From the NCBI GenBank assembly GCA_964016885.1, contig OZ024742.1, positions 78,120,001-78,184,000 on the forward strand: a DNA stretch of 64,000 nucleotides, given 5' to 3'. The notes under the pieces were generated by a model. It had not been told where the DNA came from, ran no database searches, and was given only the letters and a program-made list of their open reading frames with translations. Origin of the DNA: Eledone cirrhosa (taxonomy: Eukaryota). A program made the position numbers and the translations under genes. Every line of letters begins with the position of its first letter. Positions within the stretch are counted from its first letter, which is position 1. This document shows positions 19,618 to 35,303 of the stretch, one piece after another.

Positions 19618-20966
19618 TTTGTATTTGATTCAGGCTTTTATGTCCCCCGGAATACATGAAATTGATTTACTGTTCCAGTTCAATAATTTCTAAAGAATCT
19701 CCACAATAAACGAAACATCACAATTTTATTATGTTGGATATATAAAATACTGTAAAACATCAAAGTGGATAATTGGTGTTAAAGTACATAGTTACGTAGG
19801 TCCCTTTTCAAAATTCTCATCTTCACAGATAGGTCTCTTATTCCACCATCATTACGTTAATATAATATATTCATAAGTAATAAAATGTAAAGGTGTATAG
19901 TAAAATGTTTAACTTCATTTTGCAGCCATATAAGCCCGGCTTTGATCTCACTGCGTAGAATCGTTGGCATGTGTCATATTCTGTAGTCTCAGTTCAACCC
20001 AAACTTTGTGAGTGACATAAACTGTTTAGAAGAAAAGGACACAATGAATCACTCTAGGAAGTAAATTAAAAGTACACATGTCTGCAGAACATTCAGCCCC
20101 TTAATTACATAAGGAGGTGGCACCACTGATTGAACAGTTGGATTACTCATCGTCGTAACCGATTGAGATTAATTTCCTATTCCTCCATTACTAGCCGTGT
20201 CAATTACTTTCCTACAACCATTGATTATAATCAATGACATGGAAAGACAAAGCATCAGACAAAATTCCTTGAAATATTTGGTTCTGACCCATTATATGCA
20301 AAGTTCGAATCACACCAAGGTTAATTACCCTCTCTTCTATCAGGGTTCGAGAAAAGAAAATACCAGTCAAGTACCGAAGTATATTTAATGGAGTATATTC
20401 CAACACTTATGCCTTGTGCAAATGACAGGCATCAATATATCCATGAAAACGTCCAGATATATATTATCCATGATACGTTTAACATATCTGCGGTTTGGCG
20501 ACATATTAATATAGAACTTCTTTTGGCTTTTGTGCTCGTTTTTTGATTATGCTCTTATCATTTTGTTTTCTTTTGTTGTTTCTTTTTTTGTCATAATATA
20601 GGATATTTGCCAGATAATTCTCTTTCCAGAACAGAAACTTTGTGAAAGTTGGTATAATGGTTGTTGTAAAAACGTCCATTCTCCGATCGCTTATATGGAA
20701 GACGTCAAGTCTCTCTTGAAATGAAAATTGTGAGATCTTGAGAGTTGGTTTATGGGATAGATGCCAATAATGCAGATTTTTATCGAGTGTCAAATCATAT
20801 TTTCTAAATGGAATGTCCCATTACAGATTCTATAAATGCATTTCTCTATACGTATTGGGGTGTAGTGCGAACACACATTTCTAAGCATGTAAAATAAAAT
20901 TGTTTTAAAGGAAGTTTTTATCCAAACAATATTGTGTATGTGTATATGTATAAGCGAATATATACA

Positions 20967-21797
20967 GTCAACAACCTACTTGGCGAAACAGATCTTTTTG
21001 GATTTGTACGTGTGTGTTAGATAATTATCGAGGTATGTATTTACACTTTAATTCATACTTTTAATTATTGTGTGTCTACTCTGCCTTCCATGGACTATAG
21101 ATTCCATACACTGGTGGTTTTTCCTTGTTTGACTGATGGCGCACTATCTCTCTCTAGTGTGTTATCTTTTCTACATACTGTATTATAAGGCGCTCAGGAT
21201 TCCTTCTCATTTGAGCACATTACTGACAGGGAATAGCGAGAGTCTATGGCTCCGTTAATTCATCGTGATATTTCGCTCCTTATAAGGGTCTTTCCTGTCT
21301 CTCAGTTTAGTTGAGCACACTTCTCTGAGTGGATTGGGCTGCCCTTTCTAGCAGCTCGTCCCTCAGAGACCACTGGTTACTGCCCTAGGCTCGCTATGAG
21401 TTCTCTCTCCCACGTGTGGCTGGGCGGTCGCTTTAGATTCTCTTAGAGTTGTCTGAAATGTATAGCCTTACACACGCTGATGAACCATGTCCTAATCATT
21501 TCTGTCAACAACCTACTTGGCGAAACAGATCTTTTTGGATTTGTACGTGTGTGTTAGATAATTATCGAGGTATGCATTTACACTTTAATTCATACTTTTA
21601 ATTATTGTGTGTCTACTCTGCCTTCCATGGACTATAGATTCCATACACTGGTGGTTTTTCCTTGTTTGACTGATGGCGCACTATCTCTCTCTAGTGTGTT
21701 ATCTGTTCTACATATTGTATTATAAGGCGCTCAGGATTCCTTCACCTTTGAGCACATTACTGACAGGGAATAGCAAGAGTCTATGGCTCCGTTAATT
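20967..21797 (+). mobile_element. Retrozyme-like partial tandem, family I (537-bp period, ~1.55 units)
   Basis: 20967-21260 is repeated at 21504-21797. The HHR spans the repeat junction. Confidence 0.8.
21470..21552 (+). ncRNA. Type I hammerhead ribozyme (I)
   Basis: acacacg-CTGATGA-acca...tggc-GAAACAGATC tttttg GATTTGTA-cgtgtgt. Confidence 0.85.
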
Positions 21798-21828
21798 TAT
21801 TGTACATATATATATATAGGGAGAGAGA

Positions 21829-21919
<91 letters not shown>

Positions 21920-21976
21920 GTGTAGAACTACAGTTACTAAGATACACAATACAATAGTAGAGTGTAAACATTATCA

Positions 21977-22092
21977 TTATTTAATATAGAAATGGCTTCT
22001 ACAGGACTTGCAATGTTTCATTCGGATGACATCATCAAGAATGAAACATTTAAAGTAGTCCTGTAGAAGCCATTATTTCTGTATTAAATAAT
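21977..22092. repeat. Fold-back of the 3' half of a family H hammerhead
   Basis: ggcttctacaggact..gtttcattc mirrors gaatgaaac..agtcctgtagaagcc around a central hairpin. Confidence 0.7.
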
Positions 22093-22273
22093 TGTTTCTA
22101 CTTTAGGCACAAGGCCAGCAATTACCCAGTGCATTACTGGTACTTTATTTTATCGACCCCGTAAGGATGAAAGGCAAAGTCAACCTCGGTGGATTTGAAC
22201 TCAGATCGTAAAGGGCTGTAACTATGCTGGAGAGCATGGCGTCCGACCCTCTACCGATACTGCCAATCCACCA
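22090..22273 (-). mobile_element. tRNA-derived SINE
   Basis: Full-length reverse-complement copy. Confidence 0.82.
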
Positions 22274-22306
22274 ATGATATATATATATATATTTACTTGA
22301 ACAGTC

Positions 22307-22357
22307 AGCTTCCTGATGATTTCGCATGAATGAAACAGTTCTAGTCCTGTAGAAGCT
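22307..22357 (+). ncRNA. Type I hammerhead ribozyme (H, copy 2)
   Basis: agcttc-CTGATGA-tttc gcat gaat-GAAACAG ttctagtc CTGTA-gaagct. Confidence 0.85.
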
Positions 22358-22375
22358 TTTCTATATTAAACACAC

Positions 22376-22426
<51 letters not shown>

Positions 22427-22595
22427 TGTGTGTATGTGTGAATGCATATATATGAGTGTGCATGTATATATATGAGTGTGTATGTGTATGTATATATATA
22501 TATGAGTGTGTATGTGTATGCATATATATGTATATATATATACACACACGAATATATAGTATATATATATGTGTGTATGTGTGTGTGCGTGTGTG

Positions 22596-22626
<31 letters not shown>

Positions 22627-22726
22627 ATGTATATATGTGCATGTTTGCCCAGTCCTTTAAGAACATATTTGTAATAGGTCTAACTTGTTCTAACTTGTCC
22701 TGATTATCATTGTTGTTTCAGATAAA

Positions 22727-23445
22727 TGATGACAGACATCAAGCTAACTCAGCAAATGAACGGATACGCTGTAATCGTTGCTTTAAAGCCAGAGCTTAAT
22801 GATTTAAAGATGGCTTGCTTCCTGAATGATGATCGGGGGCTTGTTGTCAAAGTTCGCAAACTGCAATAGCCAAACGTACTACGCCTACTAAGCGTCTTCA
22901 TACTACGAGAATACTCAAATCTATTAAGTAGGTACAGATAATTATCGATAAGGATTTCAGAAAGTGAATTAGTGCCGTTGTTAAGGATTTCAAGGTTTCA
23001 AAGCACACTATCGGAAGAATTGTGCATGGGGACCTTCGATACACGTTTGATCCACGCAAAGAGGAGCCTGGAAGGCTTCGGCCTTTATCTGATAAGGTCC
23101 AAAAGGTCAAATAAAGGAATGACAAATGTTTATGTAGAGGTCCTAAGGACGTCTCATCGGTCATACACACAAAAGGACCGGCAAGTGTGTTAGTTCTGAG
23201 AGTCTTGAGCATCGAGGGTGATGACATGACTCGTCACTTCTTTCCTCCTAACTCTCCAGGCGTAAATCCTTTTGACTACTATTTATGGAGAATAGCCGAG
23301 ATGGAAGTCGATCAAATCCCTCATAACACTATAACATCTCTGATGTTCGCTATTACTAACAGAATGACCGAAATAGATAAAGACCGTCGGATTCGGTCAT
23401 GTTAACGTTTCAGCCATCGAGGCTAACGGTAGATTCATTGAATAG
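22727..23445 (+). pseudogene. Decayed, internally deleted Tc1/mariner transposase
   Basis: FPPNSPGVNPFDYYLW matches the WPPNSPDLNPxDY motif. HTH-like N-terminal fragment from 22727. Confidence 0.7.
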
Positions 23446-23879
23446 ATGGGTCGAGAAGAGTCCCTGCTGTATGCAGACGTATTTTCATATTTATTGTTAA
23501 ATTCACAATGCCTCGGCCATAGACATCTGGTGCAATTTATCGAGAGGAATTCTATTCAGATCCCTGCAATTGTAGGTTGCTTCAATTAGGGGTTCAATTT
23601 TTAGTGTAACATTCATAAACATCTTCCTTCATCTATCATACCCCAAATCGATTTGATAATTTTGTCCAAATATCTGAGATTGGGCATTATCAAAATTGTG
23701 AGGCCGGAGCATACCAGGAACAAACTCCGTTGACTATAATAGCGAAATCGAGGTCAAAACTATTTATATATAGTGTTCTTCGACGTAACAAAAAACTCTT
23801 TAAACACGTTTTAAATAAAATATGTTTGCATGTTCTTGTGTATGCATGTTATAATATTTCTCAAGTACATATATATATA

Positions 23880-23963
<84 letters not shown>

Positions 23964-26865
23964 AATTTCATATTAGGTTCTCTATTACGGGAACTATATA
24001 ATGTATATTATCCATTGAGATCGGAATATTGTGTCTGGTTTAAAATTTTCCGACAGTCTGTTCGCGTCTGAGACATAACATTAACCTTGGCTACTTTCCA
24101 TCCATATAAAACTGCCAGAAGATAGTAATTATATTGAGGGAGGTTACTAGTATTTAGTTTGAGGTCACCAACAAATATGTTATGAGTTATTTTTGGTATT
24201 TCTGTTTATAGCAGGTCATATTCTATCATATTTAGATATCCGTAAAATAGATAATAATGGTAGGCGTTTTTTATTATTTAATATACTTAGGAAAGTTTTT
24301 GAAATGCGTTATTACTGGAAAGAAGATCAATATGCTTTCTGTGTATATACATACATACATACATGCATACATACATACATACATACATAGGTACATATGT
24401 ACATACGTACAGGCATACATACATAATGCATACATACATATGACAACTATTGAACTACGTGTCTTCAACCAAATATGTCATATGAAAGCTTTTAAAACGG
24501 CTTTAACGCTTCTATGAGTGAGAGAACTTTGCAAACCTATAGAAGGCGCCACTAGCATACTTGTCGTCTGTGTATTTTGATCTAAAATGTATTTGATGTG
24601 ACAACTCTTTCCCTCCGACTAGTTCTGGCCACAAACCCATTTAGTTCGGTCAAGTCATTTAAAAGTTCTTATTTATAATTTCAGGTATTAAATTTGGTTT
24701 GATTTATTGCTAAGGTAACTAGCGTATAAAAATACTTTCTATTATGCATTCCACATATATTCCTATTCATTTCCATAATTTACTTCATATCAAGGCCAAC
24801 TGATGGAGTTATAGTGTATATACTCCCTTGTTAGTTAGTAATGTTTTAGTAAACCCCAATGGAGTGGCTTCCCCATATTTCTAGATTGTAGAGAAGGGGA
24901 TCACTGTATTGTAAGCTAATCAATCACTTGTCACTAGGACGTCCCTCCTGGGATCCTAATTTATTGTAAACTATTGTAGATTTCCTGAGAAAAGCTTCGT
25001 GTCCCAGGAAGGTTTTGGATATTTAAGAAATACACATAGCATGCATAATTCGTACAGTAATAGATGCATGTGTATGTATATGAATAAATGCATACATAGA
25101 TGTACATAACAACTCTCAAACACACATTTACACACATTTATCGCACCTGAAAAAAATGGTCGTATTTAAGGCCATGAAACGATTTGGAAATGCAAATGTA
25201 AGTCAAATTGATGTTACAATTAGAAACAGAAAAATAATCTGGTTCACCCCTACTCCCTCATCGTAAAGACTAATCTAGGTTTGAATTTCTGATATCTGAT
25301 AGATAAGCATTTCCCCCCACAATATAAGTGCTGTACAATATTCAGTAGGTGCTCGGTGATGATAACCTATGCCTGTGGGCCCTCCAAATGATTGAAAATT
25401 ACTGCGAAAAGCAGACCCGATAAAGATAGATCCAGATGGCTTATGCAAGGTAAACGAAGACTGTCCTCTGCAGTTTAGCTTTAACATTAATTGGTCTCAG
25501 AAATAGTATATTTAGAATTACACTTGTTTACCTTTTCCTATGACAGTAGGCTTAAGTTTGAAGGAAAGGTTACTGCTATTTCTAGTAAGTAGAATGTCCA
25601 CGTAAGGGTCCTTTCATTAGGAGATTTTCCTTATTGCTAAAGTTCACCAAACACACTAACGTAGCTACTAAATCATATAAAATTATTATTTGAATTAAAG
25701 GTGCATTTTATACATTAAAGATATATATGGGTGGCTTCTATTTTTATATACTAAATCTAGACCTAAACACTATCATTAAAATACATATTAGAAACTGTTC
25801 TCCTCCGTAAAAATCTCCTTTAAGAGAGGGCGTGGGGTTCTGAAAATAAACAGGAAAGAAAACATTTCCGTTCATGAGAAAAATGTTTGCGATTTAGGTA
25901 AACGTCGAGATCGGTCTGGTGTTCTGAGTTCACATCCAGTCGAGGTCTACTTTGACTTTCATCGTTTTGTGTAGTATTAAACAAGCGAAGCTAGAAATAG
26001 CGAAAGTGGAGGAGAAAGAAGCAGAGGGAGAAAGGAAGGGAGACGGACAAAGGAATATTTCTATTGACGTTACTTCGGCTTACATGTTACTTACTTCTGT
26101 TCGTTAAGACGAAATGCTTTATAATAAATTACAGGCTTTTATCAACTTTGCAAATTGATCATATGGAAACTTATAAATCAATTCCAGTTAGTTTTTTTTT
26201 AACACTGAACTACTGGGAGGATGTTGACACAAAATGTAAGCTATGAAGGACAACTCTAAAGAGTCATAGATTAGGTTATTTATAGAAATTCAAGGAAAAT
26301 AGACCGACAAATTCGAAAGAAAATCCAATTATATACTTCCCATATATATGCCTGTAAGCAAAATAAAGTTTCGTAGAATAAATTCGTTTAGGTGACATTT
26401 CGAAATCAGGTGATTCATAAAATTTAGCAAATTAAAAAATTTCAATACCAAGAAATTTCCATATTTACACAGTCAGCATGATCCGGATTTCTAGAATATA
26501 GGTTGATAATTTCTGACCAAAGTATTTCATCTTTCAGCCTCCAGAGAGACGGTTTTACTTTTCTCTGGATTATGGCCTTCTTTCTCACTTATTCAACGCT
26601 TGTCCTTCCATACTCAGTCAAATCTAACACTTATACGTTTTAATATTTCTTGGTGTTTTTCCCTCTACATTCAGTCAGTTATTTCTATTAATATAGGCCT
26701 CTCTAACAAATATACTGTTCCTTCATTATCGTATTGTGTACACACTGTTATCGTACTTCAGTGGACAATCTACCTTCACTAACTCCTTTCTCTCTTTCTT
26801 TTATTATACCATTTTTTTTCTAGCATATTTGTGTATCTATTTATATTTCATTATTGTTTTTTTAT

Positions 26866-26982
26866 CTGAGTTCAAATCCCGCCGAGGTTAACTTTGCCTT
26901 TCATCATTACGAGGTCGATAAAATAAATTACTAGTAAAGTACTGGGTTATTGCTGGCCTTGTGCCAAAAGTAGAAACATTTA
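26866..26982 (+). mobile_element. SINE, 5'-truncated
   Basis: ctgagttcaaatcccgccgaggttaactttgcctttcatc..gtagaaac. Confidence 0.75.
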
Positions 26983-27273
26983 TTGTTTTTTCTTATCTTT
27001 TCTTGCGTATCTTTCCTGACAATTCTTTCTTATTTCTTCCATATATGCCTCACGCTTATTTATAGCATTATATCTAAATACTTATTCAGCCACGAAACAC
27101 TTTAAATGTTAAATGTTTCATTAGAAGCGTTTACATTTTAGAATCTAAGTATTTATAAACTTTACTATGAGTAAATAAAAATATATCATTTATGAAAGGC
27201 TGTAAGTTAAAATATTAAAAAGAGGAGTGAGAGACGACGATGAAATATCTTGGTTTTAATTGGTGCGGCAATA

Positions 27274-27495
27274 GGGCGGTGGATTAGCAGTATTCTTAGA
27301 GCACCGGACACCACGCTTCGCAGAATAGAGTTACCGTTACTTTACGGTTTGAGTACAAATCCCGTCGAAGTTAGCTTTGCTTTCCGTCTTTACGGGGTCG
27401 ATAAAATAAAGTACCTGAAATGTACTGGGATAAATTTAATCGCCTTTCTCCTCCTTTTCAGATTGCAGGCCTTGTGCCAAATGTAGAAACAATTA
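27274..27495 (+). mobile_element. tRNA-derived SINE
   Basis: Matches the SINE consensus. Confidence 0.78.
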
Positions 27496-27867
27496 TTTGG
27501 ACTCACGAAGAAAGATATCATATAAAAGCCGCAGATGTCTCCGTAAGATGGTAGACATTCTTCGAACACTTGCTATGCTGACTCACGAAGCCAAGGTTAG
27601 TATATAAATTTGAGGCAAATGTTTGACAATCAGGTAGAAATTCCAGTTGACGTGTGTTTCGCCTCAGTACTTATGAGCATATTGGATGGAGATATCTGGT
27701 CACTTCATGATCCATAATCAGCAAGAAGAACGATGCTAAACTAAATATTGGTATTAACAGAATATCTAGAGCAAAAGAGCAAAAGTGTTATAATATTCTC
27801 TCAATTTTTACTATATTTTCCACTTTAATTTTCATATCTAAAGTTATATACATATACATAAATATCA

Positions 27868-27923
<56 letters not shown>

Positions 27924-27947
27924 TGATATATATATATATATATATAT

Positions 27948-28416
27948 AGTGTGTGTTTTGCATTACACTGTATGCTTAATTAAAAGCATTTTGAAGACCT
28001 TACGCTATTGCTTTAAAGTAGTGACAAAGTCACTATTTTCAGCAAACAAGGGGAGATAAGCTGACAGAGCTCTGTTTCGAACTTGTTGGTACTTATCAAA
28101 GCTCAGCACTCCTCCTGCTTGCTGAAAATTATGAAAATTGGATTCTTATAGAATTCCAGTAATAATCATGAACTAATTCTACAGAGCGGTTGCCGGTCCA
28201 GCAAAAATTGAAAATTAGAATTGGTGCTATGAAATAGCGATATATATATGAATGTATATATGGGGTCAGCTTATCTCCCCTTGTTTGCTGAAAATAGAAG
28301 TAAGTGACTTTGTCACTACTTTAAAGCAATAGCATAAGGTCTTCAAAATGCTTTTAATTAAGCATATAGTGTATTACAAAATACACTATATATATACATT
28401 CATATATATATCGCTA

Positions 28417-28417
<1 letters not shown>
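27948..28417. mobile_element. Family A-related (A') permuted monomer plus inverted arm
   Basis: Shares cattttgaagacct, gagcggttgccggtcc and tgaaatagcgatat with A. 28264-28417 is inverted. Confidence 0.72.
28059..28103 (-). ncRNA. Type I hammerhead ribozyme, U3-A8 core variant (A')
   Basis: agct-TTGATAA-gtac caacaa gttc-GAAACAGA gc TCTGTC-agct. Extended stem I pairs 28036-28055 with 28109-28128. Confidence 0.7.
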
Positions 28418-28457
<40 letters not shown>

Positions 28458-28674
28458 ATACTTGGGGAGGGTCATATTTGTGTAATATTGTCAGAATTAA
28501 TAACAGAACACACTCACTGTTTGGTTGGTTTTTGCTTTTCGCTTCTGTGTCTTTTATATCGGTAATCTAATTTATTCCGTCCCCAATGTTGCCATTGACT
28601 GACCAACCGTCAAAAATAATACAGATACAATATTTGTTTCGACACACGATTTCATATAAAAAACCTCGCAAAAC

Positions 28675-28706
<32 letters not shown>

Positions 28707-28878
28707 TATTTACATATACATATATACATATATATTTACATATATATATATAAATATACATACATATATACATATATATATACATACATATATATATATA
28801 CATATATATAAATATAAATTCAGCGAGAATCGTATTTCAGCGGGTATATTATGTATATTATTTCGGCGGGTATATTAT

Positions 28879-29068
28879 GTCACTCTTGAGTGCTACTGGT
28901 AACATGTAAACCAGTACAACCTGTCGCATGGTCAGGTCGTCGGCGACTAAACTGACAACTCCACCAAGTTTACTTGGTGAGGAGGGTGATTTTGGACACC
29001 CTGCAGGACATAAAACAAAACCTGACAAAGGGCGGAAGAACTCACAAGAGTCAACGGTCATCCAAAAA
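28879..29068 (+). mobile_element. Repeat G copy
   Basis: Aligns to 14598-14778. Confidence 0.65.
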
Positions 29069-29111
29069 TGTGTAAATACGTATATACACATGTACATATG
29101 TATGTGTATAT

Positions 29112-29815
29112 GCCTGGGGTGTGTGGAGGGGCATGTACCTCTGTAGGGAGGGATAGCCATGCCCTTTTCAGGACAGCTCGTCCTGCATTGGGTCCCACCT
29201 GACACTCAGCTCTCACCTGTGGCCCCAAGAAGCTGTAGCATGCGACAGCGGCCACAACCCGGTAAACCGCCTTGGCTGGTGGGCCGAACCAGCTAGAGGG
29301 TTGCCGGACGGGTCTGAAACACCCCGGTGAGTTAGATAGGGGATGCCTGCCCCTGCATGCGAAGACTGGGCCCGGCGGAGTGAGTGGAGGAGAACAACAT
29401 CGTCCCAACGGTCACGAAGGCGAGACAGCAAGCGGTGTGGAGCGCTACAGCACGGCAAGGCACTACAGACGTCGTGGCCATCCACTGCACTCAAGGAAGT
29501 CCCTCGTCGTGACGGTCTCCCGTACCACCGGATTCTGGCTTCTGCAGCCGAGTGAGTGGGACCGTCACTGTGCACTGGCCCTCCCACTATAAACCTTTAC
29601 CGCACAAGATAATTCTTTAACGTGCACGCCCAAAGCCCAGCGGCGATGGGTGAGAGGTGGAGGTAACCTCTGGGAGTTGCCAGTCTGACTTCGGTCTCTT
29701 ACCCTGCCCCCACTGTCCTCAAACCTGCAAGTCAAGGATCGTCCTCCACAGCCACCTTCGTGCCCACGGCAGACGGGTATAACAATAAAGAAGATGTCAT
29801 CGTTTACGATGGACA
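29112..29815 (+). mobile_element. GC-rich 5' region of an RTE-like LINE (tentative)
   Basis: cagctctcacctgtggc..agcatgcgacagcggccaca resembles RTE 5' UTRs (from recall). No intact ORF. Confidence 0.4.
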
Positions 29816-29869
29816 ACCAAGAGATATGTATATATATATACATATATACATATATACATATATACAACA

Positions 29870-30058
29870 GGAATTGTGGTAAGGAACCAGATGGACCATA
29901 ACGCACCAGAGTACTCAATACTTAGGGTAGTAGAGTGGGAAATAGGAAAAAGTTTGACCCCGACGGCAGAGCTCAAGCCGTTTCGACGTCTATTTCTGGA
30001 CTAGAAATAGCCGTCGAAACGGCTTGAGCTCTGCCGTCGGGTTCATACTTTTTCCTAT
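29870..30058. mobile_element. Family C terminus with fold-back centred in hammerhead stem II
   Basis: GAAACGGC ttgagctct GCCGTC (stem III + GUC site) is present on both strands around gacgtctatttct ggact agaaatagccgtc. The CUGANGA half is absent. Confidence 0.7.
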
Positions 30059-30876
30059 ATACATATATATATATTTTTTTTTTAAATATATATACCAATA
30101 TTACCATTAGTAAATTTTGTAAACATATTTTTTTGACGTTATATATTTTTTCTACCTTAAATTTTCTGCTTTCTTCTCTCCTTCCGTGCTCGTATTAAAC
30201 CTATTATTTACTTTTTCATATTACAATACATAGAAACAAACTTAGACCCTAACTAATTCCTCTAAGTTCATAATTCATTTAATCTCTTCTTCATTCACCT
30301 TATCTCCTTAATATTCTTATTTTAATAATACATATTAATAAATTCCTTTTTGCACATATTATTAAACCCTTCAATATATATACCTTATATAAATACTATT
30401 CTTAATTCCGTTTTCTTTAATAATAAACATCACCATTCATAAACGTCATTAACTTTTAATTTCAAAATTTTTTTTAAATTATGTAGTATCTTTCAACGGT
30501 TTTTTAAATTTCCCTCTGTGAGACAGTGTTTCTCAGTATTAAAGGCTATCTCTCTCTCTCTCTCTCACTCACTCATTTCTCCTCCTCTCGCATCCTTCCT
30601 TCTTATACTCCTCTCCCGTCATCCTTTATTTTCTTTCTTCCTCTTCCTTACCTTTTCCTTCACCCTTCCTTCTTTTTTTACCCAATCTCATATATCCATC
30701 TTATTTTATTATTCATATGTAGATTTAACACTTCACTGCTCGCAAGTGTTTTTTAAGCTTCATATCATGTCTCCCTGTTTTATCTGATTAGAACGCAAAT
30801 ATCATCCCATGATGATATTTGTTTTTGAAATGCGCATAATACAATACATGGAACTCTTTTAACCCTCTTTTGTTCT

Positions 30877-33077
<2,201 letters not shown>

Positions 33078-33379
33078 CATACGCATGCACAAATATAGAA
33101 ATATGTACACACACCTACATACTCACACACACAAATAAATATAAGAAAAAATATATAATAATAAAAAATAAAAATGAAATATAAAGGTTATTATAGTGTT
33201 GACAGTGATACAGGCAGCAAATAAATAAACAAACACACGTGGTAAGCAATGCACACAAATGCACGTACACATACATACGTAAAAATATATACATAGACAC
33301 ACTCTCACACATACACATACATATACAAATACATATACGCATACACGTATACATACACACACATATACACGCACATATA

Positions 33380-33417
<38 letters not shown>

Positions 33418-33551
33418 CATATATATCCATACATACATACACATACATATACATACATATCACAAACACATAAATACAAATACAAACACACACATATGTA
33501 TGTGTGTAAAACTCATTCTTAGATATATTCATATGAACCTTGTTTAACTCT

Positions 33552-33601
<50 letters not shown>

Positions 33602-33940
33602 CATATATACATTTACATATATATATATATATATATACCTACACACACATATACATACACATACGTATACATACATACATACAGACATATAATTATATAT
33701 ATATATAAGAAAGAACAAATATTATATGAAAAACCTAAATATTGTATATATAAAAAAATAAAAATAAAAATAAAAATAAAAATAAAAGTTGGGAATACAA
33801 CAAATAATAAATAACAAAATATATTTAGAAAAGGGTATAAATGTTTATAGCAGATTTAGAGCACTCAACAAGTTCCTGGAGCGAATGATCAATGAAAATA
33901 AGCATTAAATCACTGTATGTAATTATACATATACATACAT

Positions 33941-34013
<73 letters not shown>

Positions 34014-34304
34014 AAAACAAATAACGAAACGAAATTAAATTTCGTTTCGCTTCTAACTCACTTTTGTATGACTGACGCTTAAACAATTAAGTTAAATTGT
34101 ACATCTACATATGTATACGGAAGTACTAGTAGGCATATAAATACACACGTGTATACATATGTACATGTACCGAGTTTTTCACTAGACACTTTACAGTGAG
34201 TGTCCAGCTAGTCTGTATGTAAACAAACAGACGAACCGGGTTTTAAAGTCATACGAGCTTTCAAGGAAACACACTTCCTCTATTCTCCAGAGAGCCAGAC
34301 AGGA

Positions 34305-34347
34305 ATATTGGACTAGTTTCGATGTTATTACATCTCATCAGCAATAT
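34305..34347 (-). ncRNA. Type I hammerhead ribozyme (B, copy 1)
   Basis: atattg-CTGATGA-gatgt aata acatc-GAAAC ta GTC-caatat. Extended stem I pairs 34283-34296 with 34361-34375. Confidence 0.92.
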
Positions 34348-34774
34348 ATACCCATCTTCCGGCTTCTCTGGAGAATTGTAAAAGCACATATCGTTATATG
34401 CTTTTTCTATGAAAATCAGTAGTGGGCAGACTAATTTGCATAGAACGTGAGTCATTGTACGCACCGGTTCAGCGGAAACGATAAAAACAAATAACGAAAC
34501 GAAATTAAATTTCGTTTCGCTTCTAACTCACTTTTGTATGACTGACGCTTAAACAATTAAGTTAAAGTGTACATCTACATATGTATACGGAAGTACTAGT
34601 ATGCATATAAATACACACATGTATACATATGTACATGTACCGAGTTTTTCACTAGACACTTTACAGTGAGTGTCCAGCTAGTCTGTATGTAAACAAACAG
34701 ACGAACCGGGTTTTAAAGTCATACGAGTTTTCAAGGAAACACACTTCCTCTATTCTCCGGAGAGCCAGACAGGA

Positions 34775-34817
34775 ATATTGGACTAGTTTCGATGTTATTA
34801 CATCTCATCAGCAATAT
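34775..34817 (-). ncRNA. Type I hammerhead ribozyme (B, copy 2)
   Basis: Identical core to copy 1. Confidence 0.92.
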
Positions 34818-34851
34818 ATACCCATCTTCCGAGAAGCCGGAAGATGGGTAT

Positions 34852-34894
34852 ATATTGCTGATGAGATGTAATAACATCGAAACTAGTCCAACAT
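34852..34894 (+). ncRNA. Type I hammerhead ribozyme (B, inverted copy)
   Basis: atattg-CTGATGA-gatgt aata acatc-GAAAC ta GTC-caacat. Confidence 0.88.
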
Positions 34895-35108
34895 TCCTGT
34901 CTGGCTCTCTGGAGAATAGAGGAAGTGTGTTTCCTTGAAAACTCGTATGACTTTAAAACCCGGTTCGTCTGTTTGTTTACATACAGACTAGCTGGACACT
35001 CACTGTAAAGTGTCTAGTGAAAAACTCGGTACATGTACATATGTATACATGTGTGTATTTATATGCATACTAGTACTTCCGTATACATATGTAGATGTAC
35101 ACTTTAAC

Positions 35109-35172
<64 letters not shown>

Positions 35173-35220
35173 AGACGTAAAATAAGAAAATTATAAAATT
35201 AACTTACTTACTAAAAAATC

Positions 35221-35303
35221 ACTTCCAACTAATTAGTTTCTGGAATGGAGTAAATATATTTTCCGAAGAAACATATAGAAAATCATTCCGTCATCAGGAA
35301 AGT
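35221..35303 (-). ncRNA. Type I hammerhead ribozyme (K, copy 1)
   Basis: actttc-CTGATGA-cggaatg...cattcca-GAAAC taatta GTT-ggaagt, with a palindromic stem III. Confidence 0.82.

Larger units (their letters stand above)
34014..35114. mobile_element. Retrozyme-like array, family B (470-bp period, ~1.75 units, then inverted arm)
   Basis: 34014-34360 is repeated at 34484-34830. 34839-35114 is inverted. Confidence 0.85.

Noticed and set aside
19424-19693. Poly-Ser ORF
   Set aside because: Trinucleotide microsatellite.
29112-29300. HDV-like ribozyme in the RTE-like 5' region
   Set aside because: ggcatg/catgcc can pair, but I could not place P1.1, P3 and J4/2.
29942-30058. Complete hammerhead in family C (also N at 43331-43458)
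   Set aside because: Only the GAAA/stem III half is present, so it was not counted among the 21 motifs.
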